Assembly: GCA_046292385.1 (NCBI GenBank)
Contig: JBKBRF010000021.1
Coordinates: 1 to 64,000 of the forward strand
Source: Armatimonadota bacterium
GTDB taxonomy: Bacteria; Armatimonadota; SYMT01
Reading direction: 5' to 3'
DNA: 64,000 nt
Within the stretch, counting starts at the first letter, position 1, and the number at the start of each line of letters is the position of its first letter. The notes beneath the pieces were generated by a model. The model worked only from the letters and a program-made list of their open reading frames with translations, ran no database searches and had not been told where the DNA came from. Of the stretch, positions 19,598 to 30,604 are shown one piece after another. The position numbers and the translations under genes are program-made.

Positions 19598-21625
19598 CTA
19601 CCGGGCGACCGGAGCCAGCTTCAGGTAGTCGAGGCCGAACATGTACTGCTTGTCGGCCCGCGGGTTCGCGCCGGTGACGGTAACCGTCAGCTCGTTCGCA
19701 CCCGCCTTGAGCGTGTGGGTGCCCAGGTCCAGCTCTTCGGTGGGGGCGACGTCCGGGTTGTAGAAGTCGATCGGGTTCCCCGCCTTCTGTCCGTTGATCG
19801 CGAGCTGGTGGATGCCGTAGTCACGCGCCTTCAGGAAGCGGCCGACGACACGGTACGTGCCCGCAGCGGGGACGTTGAAGCGAAGGCGCAGCGTGTCGCC
19901 CACCTTCGGCCCCTGGCGCCACCAGAGCTGGCGCTCGCCGCTCAGGCCGGCCCAGTCCTGCCCGTCTGCCACGCCGGTGCGCTCCAGCACTTCCATCGTC
20001 TCGCCCTCAATGGCGCCCGCCACCTTGAACGGCTGGTACTCCGGCATCGGGCGCAGCTCCAGGTCGGCCGGCTTGATCGCGGCGAACTGGTCCTTCGCTC
20101 CCGGGATGGCGTACCAGTAGGCGACGGTCGCCATGTTCACGATCCGGTCTTCCCAGTGCCACAGCTCCATGTCGAACTTGAGGCTCTGGTTGAACGGGAT
20201 GCGGTCCATGATGTGGAACCGGTTGTTGCTGTATCGCCCGTAGTTGCCGGGACCGTTCTGGGTGCACGGCTGGGCGTGGTAGGCGTGGGTGAAGTAGCCG
20301 GTGTCGCACCACGCGTAGCCGAAGTAGTCCTCCGTGCCGGTGCCGAACCAGCTCGGGAACTTCTCGCCGTCGACGTAGACCTTCTCGTCGCCCTCGCCCC
20401 ACCAGGCGCGGACCGGATTGTCGACCGCCAGGGAGAGCCCCGCGAAGACGCCCTTCCCCTGCACCTGCAGGTGGTTGAGGTCCACGAACGGCCGGGTCTT
20501 CAGGTCGTAGCGAGAGTTGTAGCCGGCGCTGAAGTGCATGGTGCGCGGCGTCCACTGGTAGGGGGCGCTGCCGACCTGTCCCTGCAGGGTGACCGGCGCC
20601 TTGCCCATGTTCACCACCTGGATGCGCGCGTCCCGGCGGAACGGCATCACCCAGTGGCTCCAGAGCTCGCCCTGCTCCGTGCCGCCGAGCGGCAGCGTCT
20701 CGAAGACGTTCAGGCCGGGCGCAGCGCCGAAGAAGTCGCCCAGCGGCGCCTCGACCGTCTGCTGCCCGTCGAACGACATCCGCACCACCACGCCGCGGAG
20801 CGCCGCGGTCACGTCGTCCGCCGTCGGCCGGACGGTGAAGCGCGTCACGGCGCGGGAGCCCTTCAGCGCCGCCAGGTCGGCGGAAGCGCCGGGCTGCAGC
20901 GTCTTTTCGAAGCTCACCGTCTTGTCCGGCGCGATGCCGACCGTGTACGGGTGCGCCATCTTCGCCGCGGCATCGCGGATCTCGGCCGCCAGGTTCGGCA
21001 GCTCGGTCCGCGTGAACGACTGGACCGGCGTGCCCGACGCGTAGGTCCGGTAGTTGACGATGTAGTACGGCTTGTCCTGGTCGCAGGTGATCTTGCACGA
21101 CTTCGCGTACGCGATCGGGAAGTAGAGGTTGTAGCCGCGGGCGCGGACGCCGGCGATCGGCAGCGGGAAGCCGGAAACCTTACCGCCCAGCAGCTCCTCC
21201 ATCTTCTCCTCGATCACCGGCGTGGAGGCGCCGTCGAGATAGATGCGGAGCGTGCCGCTCGGGTTGGCGGACCAGATGCGGACCACCGCGCCGGGGCCCT
21301 TGGCGTCCATCATCACCTGCTCCTGGCGGCCGTCCCGCTCTTCGATGCGGAGGAAGCGGCCCCAGTCGTCGTTGGCGAACCAGCCCTCGTGGTCCGCGGC
21401 GGAGGTGGACCGGCGGTCGTGCGAGGAGAACTGGCCGGTGGAGTACTGCGGCGCCGGGAACTCGGCCATCCCACGGAGATCAGTCAGCTCCGTGAGCAGG
21501 CTGCGAGTGGAGACGCTGCTCGTCTCCGCCGCCGCCAGCGGCGCCGGCGCAACAGCGGCGAACCCTACCAGGGCGCCGGAGAGGCCGAGAAGGGCCAGGG
21601 GTTTTACAGGAAAAGGAATGTGCAT
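19598..21625 (-). CDS. DUF2961 / GH172-like secreted glycoside hydrolase
   Basis: GPGAVVRIWSANP, PLGDFF, WWGEGDEK, GTGTEDYFGYAW. Confidence 0.88.
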   Translation of the reverse strand: MHIPFPVKPLALLGLSGALVGFAAVAPAPLAAAETSSVSTRSLLTELTDLRGMAEFPAPQYSTGQFSSHDRRSTSAADHEGWFANDDWGRFLRIEERDGRQEQVMMDAKGPGAVVRIWSANPSGTLRIYLDGASTPVIEEKMEELLGGKVSGFPLPIAGVRARGYNLYFPIAYAKSCKITCDQDKPYYIVNYRTYASGTPVQSFTRTELPNLAAEIRDAAAKMAHPYTVGIAPDKTVSFEKTLQPGASADLAALKGSRAVTRFTVRPTADDVTAALRGVVVRMSFDGQQTVEAPLGDFFGAAPGLNVFETLPLGGTEQGELWSHWVMPFRRDARIQVVNMGKAPVTLQGQVGSAPYQWTPRTMHFSAGYNSRYDLKTRPFVDLNHLQVQGKGVFAGLSLAVDNPVRAWWGEGDEKVYVDGEKFPSWFGTGTEDYFGYAWCDTGYFTHAYHAQPCTQNGPGNYGRYSNNRFHIMDRIPFNQSLKFDMELWHWEDRIVNMATVAYWYAIPGAKDQFAAIKPADLELRPMPEYQPFKVAGAIEGETMEVLERTGVADGQDWAGLSGERQLWWRQGPKVGDTLRLRFNVPAAGTYRVVGRFLKARDYGIHQLAINGQKAGNPIDFYNPDVAPTEELDLGTHTLKAGANELTVTVTGANPRADKQYMFGLDYLKLAPVAR

Positions 21626-21877
21626 GATGGTTCGACCCCGATGTCAACAGCGATCACCGGGAGAAATGGAGCCGCCGCGGCCAACCGGCAGAGTGGACGC
21701 TCTGACCTGGCCACGGAGTCTTCGCGCCGGACAGGGCGGTATGGAGCCGTAAGGCAGCTCTAGATTCTCATACGTTCCCGCGGCCGAGCGAGTCTCCTGC
21801 AGGGGTGCGGTGCCAGTCGGCGACACCCCGGAGACTCGCTCATGTTCTACCGCATGCTCCTCCAGGATGCGAGGTTC

Positions 21878-24093
21878 TCACGCCGCGGAGGCACCCGCCC
21901 CGTCCACCGCGCCTGCAGCGCGCCGTCGCCACGCAAGCGAGATCCGCTCCTGGACTGCCAGCAGTGCTTCCAGGCTTTTCGCCTGTATCTGCTGTGACCG
22001 TCCCTGCATCGAGCTGAGCTGGTCGTGCAGCTGCCGGATCCAATCACCCGTGAGCGGACGGCCGGGACCGAGGTCCGGTACCACTCCCCCGCTGCTCAGG
22101 GCGGCTCCGAGCGGGGTATGGCCGGACGGATGACCTTCGATCGGCGGGATCACCAGTCCGGCCGCAGTCTGGACGGCCCGCTCCACTCCCGCGCGGATCT
22201 CCCGCAGCAAGAGGGACATCCTGGCCAGGTCGTCCTGGGAGAGATTGCCTCCGGTAGCCTGGAGATGCCCCACCAGGAATTCCAGGCGCATCCGCTGCTC
22301 CGTTAGCGCGACAAACACCTGCTGCGCCTCCACCTGGAACAGGTAGCGCCCCCAGAGCTCTCGCTCGCTGCCGTCCCCGAGCTGCCGCGCCATCTGGTAG
22401 TGCGCCTGGAACACCTCCGAGTCGAGCTGTTCCAGCCAGCGGCGGTCGTCGTCCAGGTCCTTCTGCACGGCGTCCCGGAGGGCGTCGGCGGAGGTGAGTG
22501 GATAGTCGCGGCCCCGGAACTCGAAGGTGCGACCCTTGAGCTGGCCGGCTCCCGATTTGAGACGGTCCAGCAGCTCCGCCTCCCTGCGGTGCTGCTGGAA
22601 ATCGGCGATCCGCTGCTTAACCCCACCACCATAGACCTTCCGGTACACGGCCACGAGGCGGGCCGCGGGCCAGGGCTGCTCGTGGACCGCCTGCGCCAGC
22701 GCGTTTACGTCGCCCAGCTCCAGCAAGCGGCGGTCGTAGAGGCCGTGGTAGCGCGGATCGAGCGTCGTCTCACCCGCAGCTCCGCAATCGCCTCCTGGAC
22801 CCGCTGGGGGTCGCTGAGCTGCGCCTGCATCGGGAGATGGAGATAATCCGCATAGAGCCGCACCGTCAGCAGCTCCCGCACTTCCTGCGGGTTGCGGAAG
22901 AGCAGCCACGCCGGTCGGTCGTCGGCCACGCTCGGAACGAACTTCCGCTTGGCATGCTGCTCCCGATCGTAAGGCGGCGGGTGCGACGCCCAGTGCGAAG
23001 GGAGCTCGCCGTCGCCCGGCTGGAAGAGCCGCGGCGCGCGCTGGGGATCGTTCGTGATCGGCGGCGGGATGCCGAGGCGTGGGTCGTTGCTCACCCGGCG
23101 CAGGTACTCGGCCGCTTCAGCCTGGTGGTGATAGGCGTCGCGGGTGAGCAGGCCGCGGGAAGTGAGCTGGCTCAGCTCGTGCAGCGTCTGCGCGAAGCTC
23201 CTGCCGGCGAACCGAACCCGGAACAGGGCGTTGGCATGGGTCTCGCTTCCGCAGACGCTGACGGCCACAAGGTCGGCGTGGAATTCCGTCTCCCGCGAAT
23301 GGCCCGCGTGCAGCAGGTTGATCACCCAGAACGCCGCGAACAGGATCCGCTTCAGGATCCAGACGATGCCAGCGAGCAGGTGCCCGAAGATCGCCGGGCG
23401 GAGGTCCATCTCGCGCCAGCTCGCCAGCCACTCGTCGAAGAAGTCCTCACCCCAGACCAGGTCGTAGATGACTGCGTTTGCGCGGTAGACATAGCCGCTC
23501 AGCGGCAGGTCGCGCTGTGAGAAGTGCCCCAGCTCGTGTGCGATGACTGCCTTCAGCTCGCTGATCGTCAGCACGTTCACCAGGCCGATGCCGAGGACCA
23601 GGTCCTTCTTTGCGGTACGAAAGAGGCTCCAGAAGCTCCGTCGATAGAGCATCTCCGCGTTCACCTCCGGCGTCAGGTAGACCCGGTGGGGATACGGTGC
23701 TTTCCTGTCCTGACAGAGCCGGCGGATAAAGGTGAAGAGCTCCGGATGCTCCGAGGGTGTCACCTCTACGAAGTAGGGCTCTTCGAGCTCGCCCCGCTTG
23801 AACAGCCCCTTCACCAGAAAGAAGAAGAGCATCACCGCGATGGCGACCGCGCCCCCCTTTAGCAGGAGCAGCCCGAGCATGCCGCGCAGACCGGTCACCT
23901 GCGGCAGCGGAAAGGTCCAGGCGAGGTAGACCAGGTACCCGGCGCCGGCGATGAGCGCGAGGTAGAAGAGTAGAAAGAGCAGGACGCTGGTGAGTACCAG
24001 CAGAGTCGCCAGGAGATAGCGGATCCCCGGACGGGTCAGCCCGCGCGGCACGTCCGCCACGCTCGGAGGATACAGGTCGGCAGCAGCAGTCAT
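21878..24093 (-). pseudogene. M48 family metalloprotease split by a frameshift near 22772
   Basis: HELGH and SHP motifs in the 22705-24093 frame; coding sense continues as GETTLDPRYHGLYD in another frame. Confidence 0.75.
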
Positions 24094-24213
24094 CGCGTTC
24101 TCCCCCGGGGCCGATCCCCGCGCGTGCTGAGACGACTGTTGATACGTTACATTCTGTAGGGGGCAGTTCCTACAATGTTCCGGAGTCCTCCACAGTGAGC
24201 TCAAGAGGTCGCG

Positions 24214-24879
24214 ATGATGTCTCTCGAGGAGATCGAGCAGCGCCTGGCTGCAGCGCGTCAGCGCCGCGAGGCCGCCGGCGAGGCGATGAGGAGGCGGTGG
24301 CAGGGCGGCGAGCTGGAGCAGTTTCGGCTCGCCCATGACGTGGTTCTGGACCTCGAGCGGGAGGTCGCCGCGGCAAAGGGGGAAGAGTACGCGGTGCCGC
24401 TCGACTTCCCGGTCGAGTGGGATGTCGGCGCGCCCCTACCCCACCTGCTCCGGAGCGACTACCGCACATTACTAAGCTTCTACGCTCGAGAGCCAGTACG
24501 GGACGAGTCCGCAATCAAGATCTCAACTGCCACTGATCCAGACGAAGAGCTCCTCGCCGTGGTCGAGTTCACGGGGTGTGTCTCGGCGAAGCTGGGTAGC
24601 CCAAACGATGAAGTGCAAAACGGCCACGCGCTATACAGGCGAGGACTGGACAGCTACACCGCGCAGCGCGTGGTCCACTCTCGCTGGCTCGCGGAGCTGG
24701 AGGCGATCAACAGCGTCCACGCGTGCTACAATCCGGCGCGCTGGGCGGAGCTGAGCCACTACGTCTTCTGGTTTCACGACACCACGTTCGAGTGCATCGC
24801 TAAGAGCTACACGGTGGAGCTCCACCGGGAGAGCCTGGCGGCGATGCTAGAGCGGATGTGCCGCCGCCTTATCTCGTAG
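24214..24879 (+). CDS. hypothetical protein
   Basis: 221-aa ORF with GAGG RBS; WDVGAPLP, PNDE, FHDTTFECIA look conserved. Confidence 0.8.
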   Translation: MMSLEEIEQRLAAARQRREAAGEAMRRRWQGGELEQFRLAHDVVLDLEREVAAAKGEEYAVPLDFPVEWDVGAPLPHLLRSDYRTLLSFYAREPVRDESAIKISTATDPDEELLAVVEFTGCVSAKLGSPNDEVQNGHALYRRGLDSYTAQRVVHSRWLAELEAINSVHACYNPARWAELSHYVFWFHDTTFECIAKSYTVELHRESLAAMLERMCRRLIS

Positions 24880-25090
24880 GACGACGCGGGTCTCGCTGAC
24901 GGCGAGAGGGTCGCGGACTCCGCCGAGGTGGGTTGTTCTTCCAGCATCTCTTCGAGCGTCGGGACGTTCAGCGCCACCGCCTCGCGAAGGTCAAGGGCGA
25001 GCTGCATCTCGGGGACGCTGTAGTGGACGGCATCGCTCGGTCCCATCAAGCGCAGCGCTGCGCCGCGGAAAAGCCGCGCCGACCGGGTCG

Positions 25091-25136
25091 TTGCATCCGG
25101 TTCGGCGCACCGCTATGATTTCACTAACCGGTTAGT
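25091..25136 (+). promoter_or_regulatory. promoter with overlapping TetR-type operator
   Basis: TTGCAT-17 bp-TATGAT followed by perfect palindrome ACTAACCGGTTAGT (25123-25136). Confidence 0.75.
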
Positions 25137-25226
25137 CGAAGCCAGAAGTGAAGCGCGGGGCACGAAGGAACAGGGTGGGCAGCCAACTGAGCGGGCGATC
25201 AGGAATGTGTGCGGTGGCAGTTCGTG

Positions 25227-25388
25227 ATGGGCGGGCACTCGATCTCGCTGGTGCCCACCCTGCTGGCGACGCCGGGGGCATATTCGTTGTTCAACGACCT
25301 GCTGAACGCCCGTCCGCTCATGTGGGCACGCTCGCTGGTGGGACGCCTCCGGCCGGGGCGGCTGACGCCCGAACAGGAAGGCTCATGA
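25227..25388 (+). pseudogene. remnant of an RND permease C-terminus
   Basis: MGGHSISLVPTLLATPGAYSLFNDL resembles the last TM of AcrB-family proteins; its stop overlaps the tetR ATG (ATGA). Confidence 0.55.
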
Positions 25389-26152
25389 GCGCTGCGATCC
25401 GGAAGCGGCCTCTCTCCCCGGGAGAGGCCGCCTCACTGTCCCGGTCGAACAGGTCTCCCGTACAGGAGCCGGCGCGATCTCCTTCGCCGCGAGGCGGAGA
25501 CGGGTCGCCGGCGGGTGGCGACGGGAGACCGAGGGTGGCGAAGCGGCGAGTAGAGGCAGAGGGAGCCGAAGTGCAGGGACCGGCGGAGGCACGGAAGCGG
25601 CTGCTGGAAGCGGCGGAGCGGCTCTTCGCGGAGAAGGGCTACGCGGCGACGCGGGTCCACGAGATCACCGAGGCGGCTGGGGTGAACAAGGCGCTCCTCT
25701 ACTACTACTTCGAGGACAAGCGCGCGGTCTATGTGGCGCTGGTGGAGGAAGGGATCGCGGCACTCGACGCGATGATGCGGGAGACTCTCGGCGCCGCCGG
25801 CAGCTACACGGAGCGCCTCCGCGGCTTCATTCGCGGGCACGAGCTGCTGATCGCGAAGCGGCCCAATCTCCTGCGGATGATCCAGCGCAGCCAGTCGACC
25901 GGCGAGGTGGAGAGCTCCGAGGCGCTCCGGCAGCAGTTTGAAGCTCCGCTCCTGCGCCTGGTGGAGTTCTTTCGCGCGGGGACTGCCGCCGGAGAGTTCC
26001 GGGAGCTGGACCCGATGATGGCTGCGCTCTCCGTTTTCGCGCTGAACAGCGGCCTGGCGAATATACTGAGCGGCCACGACTGTGTTTTCGGGCCGGAGCA
26101 GGTGGCAGACCACTGCGCGGCCCTGCTGCTGGACGGGTTCCGGCGGCGTTAA
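25385..26152 (+). CDS. TetR/AcrR family transcriptional regulator
   Basis: LLEAAERLFAEKGYAATRVHEITEAAGVNKALLYYYF. Confidence 0.92.
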   Translation: MSAAIRKRPLSPGEAASLSRSNRSPVQEPARSPSPRGGDGSPAGGDGRPRVAKRRVEAEGAEVQGPAEARKRLLEAAERLFAEKGYAATRVHEITEAAGVNKALLYYYFEDKRAVYVALVEEGIAALDAMMRETLGAAGSYTERLRGFIRGHELLIAKRPNLLRMIQRSQSTGEVESSEALRQQFEAPLLRLVEFFRAGTAAGEFRELDPMMAALSVFALNSGLANILSGHDCVFGPEQVADHCAALLLDGFRRR

Positions 26153-26161
26153 CCCGAGGAG

Positions 26162-27571
26162 ATGAGTAGTACCCGGATGAGAAAGACAGTGGCCTGGATG
26201 CTGGTCATGAGCATCGGAGCGACTCCGGTGCTGGCGGCAGCGAAACCGAAGAAGCAGAAAGCTCCCGCAACCGCGGAGCCGGCGGCTCCCGCTTTCGATC
26301 CCAGCGTGCCGTTGACGCTGCCGGACGCCATCGCGTCCGCGCTGCTGGTGAGCCCGCGGCTGGAAGCGGCGCGGGCCGGTACGGCGGGCGGCAAGGCGCA
26401 GAAGCGCGCGGCCCGTGCCGAGGGGATGCCGCAGGTGGGGGTCGGTGCCACCGGCACCGCACAGGGGCCGGCGGTTACCTTCCCCGGCGGCGGATCCCTG
26501 ACCCCGGGTCGAACGGCGCAGGGGACCGTCGACCTCTCCGTCCCGATCTACACCGGCGGGCGGGTGAAAGCGGGGAAGAAAGCGGCCTCCGCGGCGGAGC
26601 GCGCCGCCCTGGCGCGGGAGGATGCGGAAGCCCAGGGACTGGTGCTGGAAGTGACGCAAGCCTACCTGGCGGTGATGGAGGCGAAGGACCAGACCGGCTT
26701 CCTCGCGGCCCAGCGGGAGCTCGACCGGGAGCGGCTGCGGATCGGCCGCGTCCGGCTGGAGGCCGGCATCGCCGCGCCGCTGGAGGTCTCCCGGGCGGAG
26801 GCGGACCTGGCGGAAACGGTCCAGCAGGAGATCGAGGCGCAGGCCCAGCTCCTCCAGGCGGGGGCCACGCTGAACACGCTGATGGGCCGGCCCGCGGAGA
26901 CGCCGCTGGCGCTCGCCGCCGTTCCGGAGACCGGCGCCAGCTCCGCCCTCGCCGCGCAGGCGGAAGACGATCTCACCCCGGCCGAAGCCCGCGAGCAGAG
27001 CAAGGGCCGGCCGGACCTCCGGGCGCTGCGCGAGGACGTGCAGAATGCTGAGGCCGGCGTCGATCAGGCCCGCGCGGCCCGGCGGCCGTTCGTCTCGCTC
27101 GGCGGCAACCTCCTTCGGCGCCTGCCGGAGACGCTGATGGGCGGCTTCGCGTGGTCGCTGGCCACCTCCCTGGTGCAGACCCTTTTCGACGGGGGACGGT
27201 CGCGCGCCCAGGTGGAAGCGGCGCGCGCGGAGCGGGACCGCCGCGGCGGCGAGCTGAAGGAAGCGGAGCGCCGGGCGGAGGAGCAGGTGGAGCAGACGCG
27301 GGTGGCGGTGGAAGCCGCCGAGAAGCGGCTCTCCGCGGAAGAAACCCGTGTTACCGCCGCCGAAGAAGCGCTCTACGTAGCCCAGCGGCGCGTAGCGGCC
27401 GGCGTGGCGCCCGAGCTGGAAGTCACGGAAGCGGAAGCGGTGCTCACCCGGGCCCGCACCGACCGCTCCCGGGCGCACTACACGCTGGCGCGCCGGCGGG
27501 CCGAGCTCTCCTTCGCGGTCGGACGCGCCTACCCGCAGACGGTCGGCACCCTCACCGCGCAGCGAGACTGA
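26162..27571 (+). CDS. TolC family outer-membrane efflux protein
   Basis: Signal peptide; two OEP repeats (VPIYTGG, LFDGG). Confidence 0.9.
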   Translation: MSSTRMRKTVAWMLVMSIGATPVLAAAKPKKQKAPATAEPAAPAFDPSVPLTLPDAIASALLVSPRLEAARAGTAGGKAQKRAARAEGMPQVGVGATGTAQGPAVTFPGGGSLTPGRTAQGTVDLSVPIYTGGRVKAGKKAASAAERAALAREDAEAQGLVLEVTQAYLAVMEAKDQTGFLAAQRELDRERLRIGRVRLEAGIAAPLEVSRAEADLAETVQQEIEAQAQLLQAGATLNTLMGRPAETPLALAAVPETGASSALAAQAEDDLTPAEAREQSKGRPDLRALREDVQNAEAGVDQARAARRPFVSLGGNLLRRLPETLMGGFAWSLATSLVQTLFDGGRSRAQVEAARAERDRRGGELKEAERRAEEQVEQTRVAVEAAEKRLSAEETRVTAAEEALYVAQRRVAAGVAPELEVTEAEAVLTRARTDRSRAHYTLARRRAELSFAVGRAYPQTVGTLTAQRD

Positions 27572-27580
27572 TCGCCGCAG

Positions 27581-27620
27581 CCGGGAGACGAGAGGCGCCC
27601 CTCCGTCTCGTCTCCCGGCG
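27581..27620. terminator. hairpin between convergent genes
   Basis: GCCGGGAGACGAG/CTCGTCTCCCGGC. Confidence 0.65.
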
Positions 27621-27628
27621 GGCGGGCT

Positions 27629-29680
27629 TTACGCGGCCCGCCGAGTTGGCGCGGAGCCTCCCAACGGTCGCTCGGAGGTCTCCGGCACCAGCTCGCGCGC
27701 CAGGCGGGTGAGCACGGCGGCGAGGTTGCCGCGATGTTCCAGCGGCCACTCCGCGAACAGCTCCTCCAGGCGCTCCCGGCGGGCCTCCGCGAGCTCCGCG
27801 TAGATCCGGAGACCCTCCTCCGTCAGCTCCCGGCGATCGCGCCCTTCCACCTCCCGGGGCTCGCACACCAGCCCCCGCTCCCACAGCTCCTGCAGCGCCG
27901 ACACCAGCCGCTCCGAGCCGATCCGGTAGGTCAGTGCCAGCCTGCCGAGATCGAGCTGCGGCTCGTCCTGCAGCCGCAGCAGGAGCCAGGCCGCGGCCGG
28001 GCTGAGATCGACTCCGGCACGCCAGGTGATCGACTCGATGTACTGGCGTCGCACGTCGCGGTCGGCGAGCCGGGCAAGACTGCGCACCAGCTCGGGCAGC
28101 GGATCGCTGGGGCCCGGCATCGGAAAGGCCCGGGAAGCTCCGCTGCCCGGGTCTTCCGCGCTCGCCGCCACCGTCTCCCGGAGTGGGTGCTCCGGCAGGA
28201 TCCAGGCGATCAGGAACCCGGCGGCGACGACCACGGACGCGACCACAAATACGACGCTGAGCGAGGCGCTGAACGCGTCCGCGTAGAGTGCGCGGAGGGG
28301 CGGTGGAAGTTCGAGCAGGGTCTGCGGGTCGAACGCGGACGCCGCGGGACCCGCCGAGCCCGGAGGCGCCAGGCGCCGCAGGTGCTCGGAGAAGCGCGCC
28401 GCGAAGATGGTGCCGAGCAGCGCCGTCCCGAACGAGCCGCCGATCAGGCGGAACAGGGTGGCTCCGGAGGTCGCCACTCCCAGGTCCTCGTAGGCGACGG
28501 CGTTCTGGACCGCGATAATCAGGACCTGCATCACCATCCCGATGCCGAGTCCCAGCACCAGCATGAACAGTCCTACCGTGAGCAGGCTCGTCTCCGGGCC
28601 CATCCGGGAAAGCAGGAGCAGGCCGAGGGCTGCCAGGGCGGTGCCCGCAACCGGGAACAGCTTGTAGCGGCCGGTGCGGCTGATGATCTGCCCGGAGGTG
28701 ATGGAGGCGGCGAGCGTGCCGGCCATCAGCGGCAGCATCAGCAGGCCCGAACCCGTGGGGCTCATCCCTTTCACCACCTGCAGATAGAGCGGCAGGTAGG
28801 TCACCGAGCCGAAAAGCGCGAAGCCGACGATCAGGCTCACCAGCGCGCCTACCACGAAGGTCTTGTTCCGGAAAAGCCGGAGCGGCAGTACCGGAGAGGG
28901 AGCCCGCTGCTCCGCCCAGATGAACCCGACCAGGCACCCGATGCCCGTGCCGATCAGCGCCAGGGTTTCCGGGGAGGTCCAGGGATAGATCGTCCCGCCC
29001 AGGTCGGTAACCAGGATCACGGCGCTCAGGGCTCCCGCGAGGAAGCCGGCTCCCGGATAGTCGATCTGGACCCGCTCTTGTGTCGGACGGGCCGGCAGGG
29101 TAGCGACGAGCACTGCCAGCGCGGCGAGGCCGACCGGAAGGTTGATGTAGAAGATCCAGCGCCAGGACCAGTGCGTGGTGAAGTAACCCCCGAGCAGCGG
29201 CCCGGCGATACTGGCCACCGCGAAGACGGCACCGAAGATCCCCTGGTAACGCCCCCGCTCCCGCGGCGGCACGATATCCCCCACCACCGCCTGGGTAGTG
29301 ACGATCAGGCCGCCGCCGCCCAGCCCCTGCAGGGCGCGGAACAGGATGAGCTGCATCATGCTCCCGCTGAGGCCGCAGAGGACGGAGCCGACGAGGAACA
29401 CGATGATGGCGATCTGGAGCACGCTCCGGCGCCCGTAGAGGTCGCCCAGCTTGCCGTAGAGCGGCGTCACCACCGTCTGCGCCAGCAGGTAAGCGGTCAC
29501 CACCCAGGAGAGCTGGGCGAGTCCTCCCAGCTCCCCCACGATCGTCGGCAGCGCCGTCGCTACGATGGTGCCGTCGAGGGCGCCGAGCAGCATCACCAGG
29601 ATGAGGCCGCCGAAGATGACCAGAATCTGCCGTTGGGGGAGTGCGGACGGTATCGTCGCTGTGGAGGCTGCTCGTTCCAT
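27629..29680 (-). CDS. DHA2 family MFS drug transporter with C-terminal MarR-like domain
   Basis: LDGTIVATALP, GKLGDLYGRR; winged-helix-like tail. Confidence 0.92.
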   Translation of the reverse strand: MERAASTATIPSALPQRQILVIFGGLILVMLLGALDGTIVATALPTIVGELGGLAQLSWVVTAYLLAQTVVTPLYGKLGDLYGRRSVLQIAIIVFLVGSVLCGLSGSMMQLILFRALQGLGGGGLIVTTQAVVGDIVPPRERGRYQGIFGAVFAVASIAGPLLGGYFTTHWSWRWIFYINLPVGLAALAVLVATLPARPTQERVQIDYPGAGFLAGALSAVILVTDLGGTIYPWTSPETLALIGTGIGCLVGFIWAEQRAPSPVLPLRLFRNKTFVVGALVSLIVGFALFGSVTYLPLYLQVVKGMSPTGSGLLMLPLMAGTLAASITSGQIISRTGRYKLFPVAGTALAALGLLLLSRMGPETSLLTVGLFMLVLGLGIGMVMQVLIIAVQNAVAYEDLGVATSGATLFRLIGGSFGTALLGTIFAARFSEHLRRLAPPGSAGPAASAFDPQTLLELPPPLRALYADAFSASLSVVFVVASVVVAAGFLIAWILPEHPLRETVAASAEDPGSGASRAFPMPGPSDPLPELVRSLARLADRDVRRQYIESITWRAGVDLSPAAAWLLLRLQDEPQLDLGRLALTYRIGSERLVSALQELWERGLVCEPREVEGRDRRELTEEGLRIYAELAEARRERLEELFAEWPLEHRGNLAAVLTRLARELVPETSERPLGGSAPTRRAA

Positions 29681-29854
29681 CGCTGCGTCTTCTCCACTGC
29701 GGCGATGCCCAAGGCCGTCCGATGCCTAAACGCCGCCGGCGGGACACGGGCTCCGCGGTTGGCGGCACCGCGGAGGCGGGAATAGCGAGGGAACGCGGGT
29801 TGGCAGGCGGCCGGGTCCGCCGGCCCAATCACTGCCCGGTCTGGAGCCGTTCCG

Positions 29855-30604
29855 ATGTCTCGCCACTTCTCTCGGGTGCGCGCGTACTTCTGGAGCGACT
29901 GGCTGCGGCGCTTTGGAGTCGTGCTCGCCGTCCTGCTGGTCCTTTACCTGGGACTGGAGGCGCTGGGCGTGAGTGAGACGCTCTCACCCGGCCAGTGGGC
30001 GCGGAAGCCGGACGGGTTGACCGCCGCGATCAGCTTCGTTCTCCTGGTCCTGGACGTGGTGCTGCCGGTGCCCTCGAGCCTGGTGATGGTCGCGAACGGC
30101 GCCCTCTTCGGGCTCGCGGCCGGGGCGCTGCTCTCGACGTCCGGGGCGCTCGCTTCCGCGCTCCTCGGCTTCGGCCTGGGCCGCCGGCTCCCGCGGACCG
30201 CCAGCACGGAAGACCCGGAGGCGTTGGCGCGGGCGGAGGCGCTGCTCGACCGCTGGGGAATGGCGGCGGTGATCCTCTCCCGGCCGCTGCCGCTCCTGGC
30301 GGAGGCGGTCGCGCTGGTCGCCGGGGCGATGCGGCTCGACTGCGGCCGCTTCCTCCTCGGGAGCCTGCTGGGGAGCCTTCCAGTCGCGCTGGTCTACGCC
30401 GCCGTCGGAGCGTCGGTGCTCCGCGGCGAGGCGTTGCTGCCGCTGCTGGTGGTCTACCCGGCGGTTGCGCTCGCCGCCTTTGCCGTGGACCTGGACCTGC
30501 AGCGGCGAGCGCGCATCACACGTCGACGCGGTACAGGATCGAGAGCGTCGCGGTCTCCATCAGCACCTCCTGCAGCATCCGATGCTGGGAGAACTTTTCG
30601 TTGA
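29855..30604 (+). CDS. VTT/DedA (TVP38/TMEM64) family membrane protein
   Basis: DVVLPVPSS, SRPLPLLAE. Confidence 0.85.
   Translation: MSRHFSRVRAYFWSDWLRRFGVVLAVLLVLYLGLEALGVSETLSPGQWARKPDGLTAAISFVLLVLDVVLPVPSSLVMVANGALFGLAAGALLSTSGALASALLGFGLGRRLPRTASTEDPEALARAEALLDRWGMAAVILSRPLPLLAEAVALVAGAMRLDCGRFLLGSLLGSLPVALVYAAVGASVLRGEALLPLLVVYPAVALAAFAVDLDLQRRARITRRRGTGSRASRSPSAPPAASDAGRTFR

Noticed and set aside
24807..25049. 80-aa minus-strand ORF
   Set aside because: No recognisable motif and it overlaps the convergent gene; cannot be supported, though a gene fragment is possible.
27629..28150. MFS-MarR fusion as a novelty
   Set aside because: This architecture is already known among DHA2 transporters.
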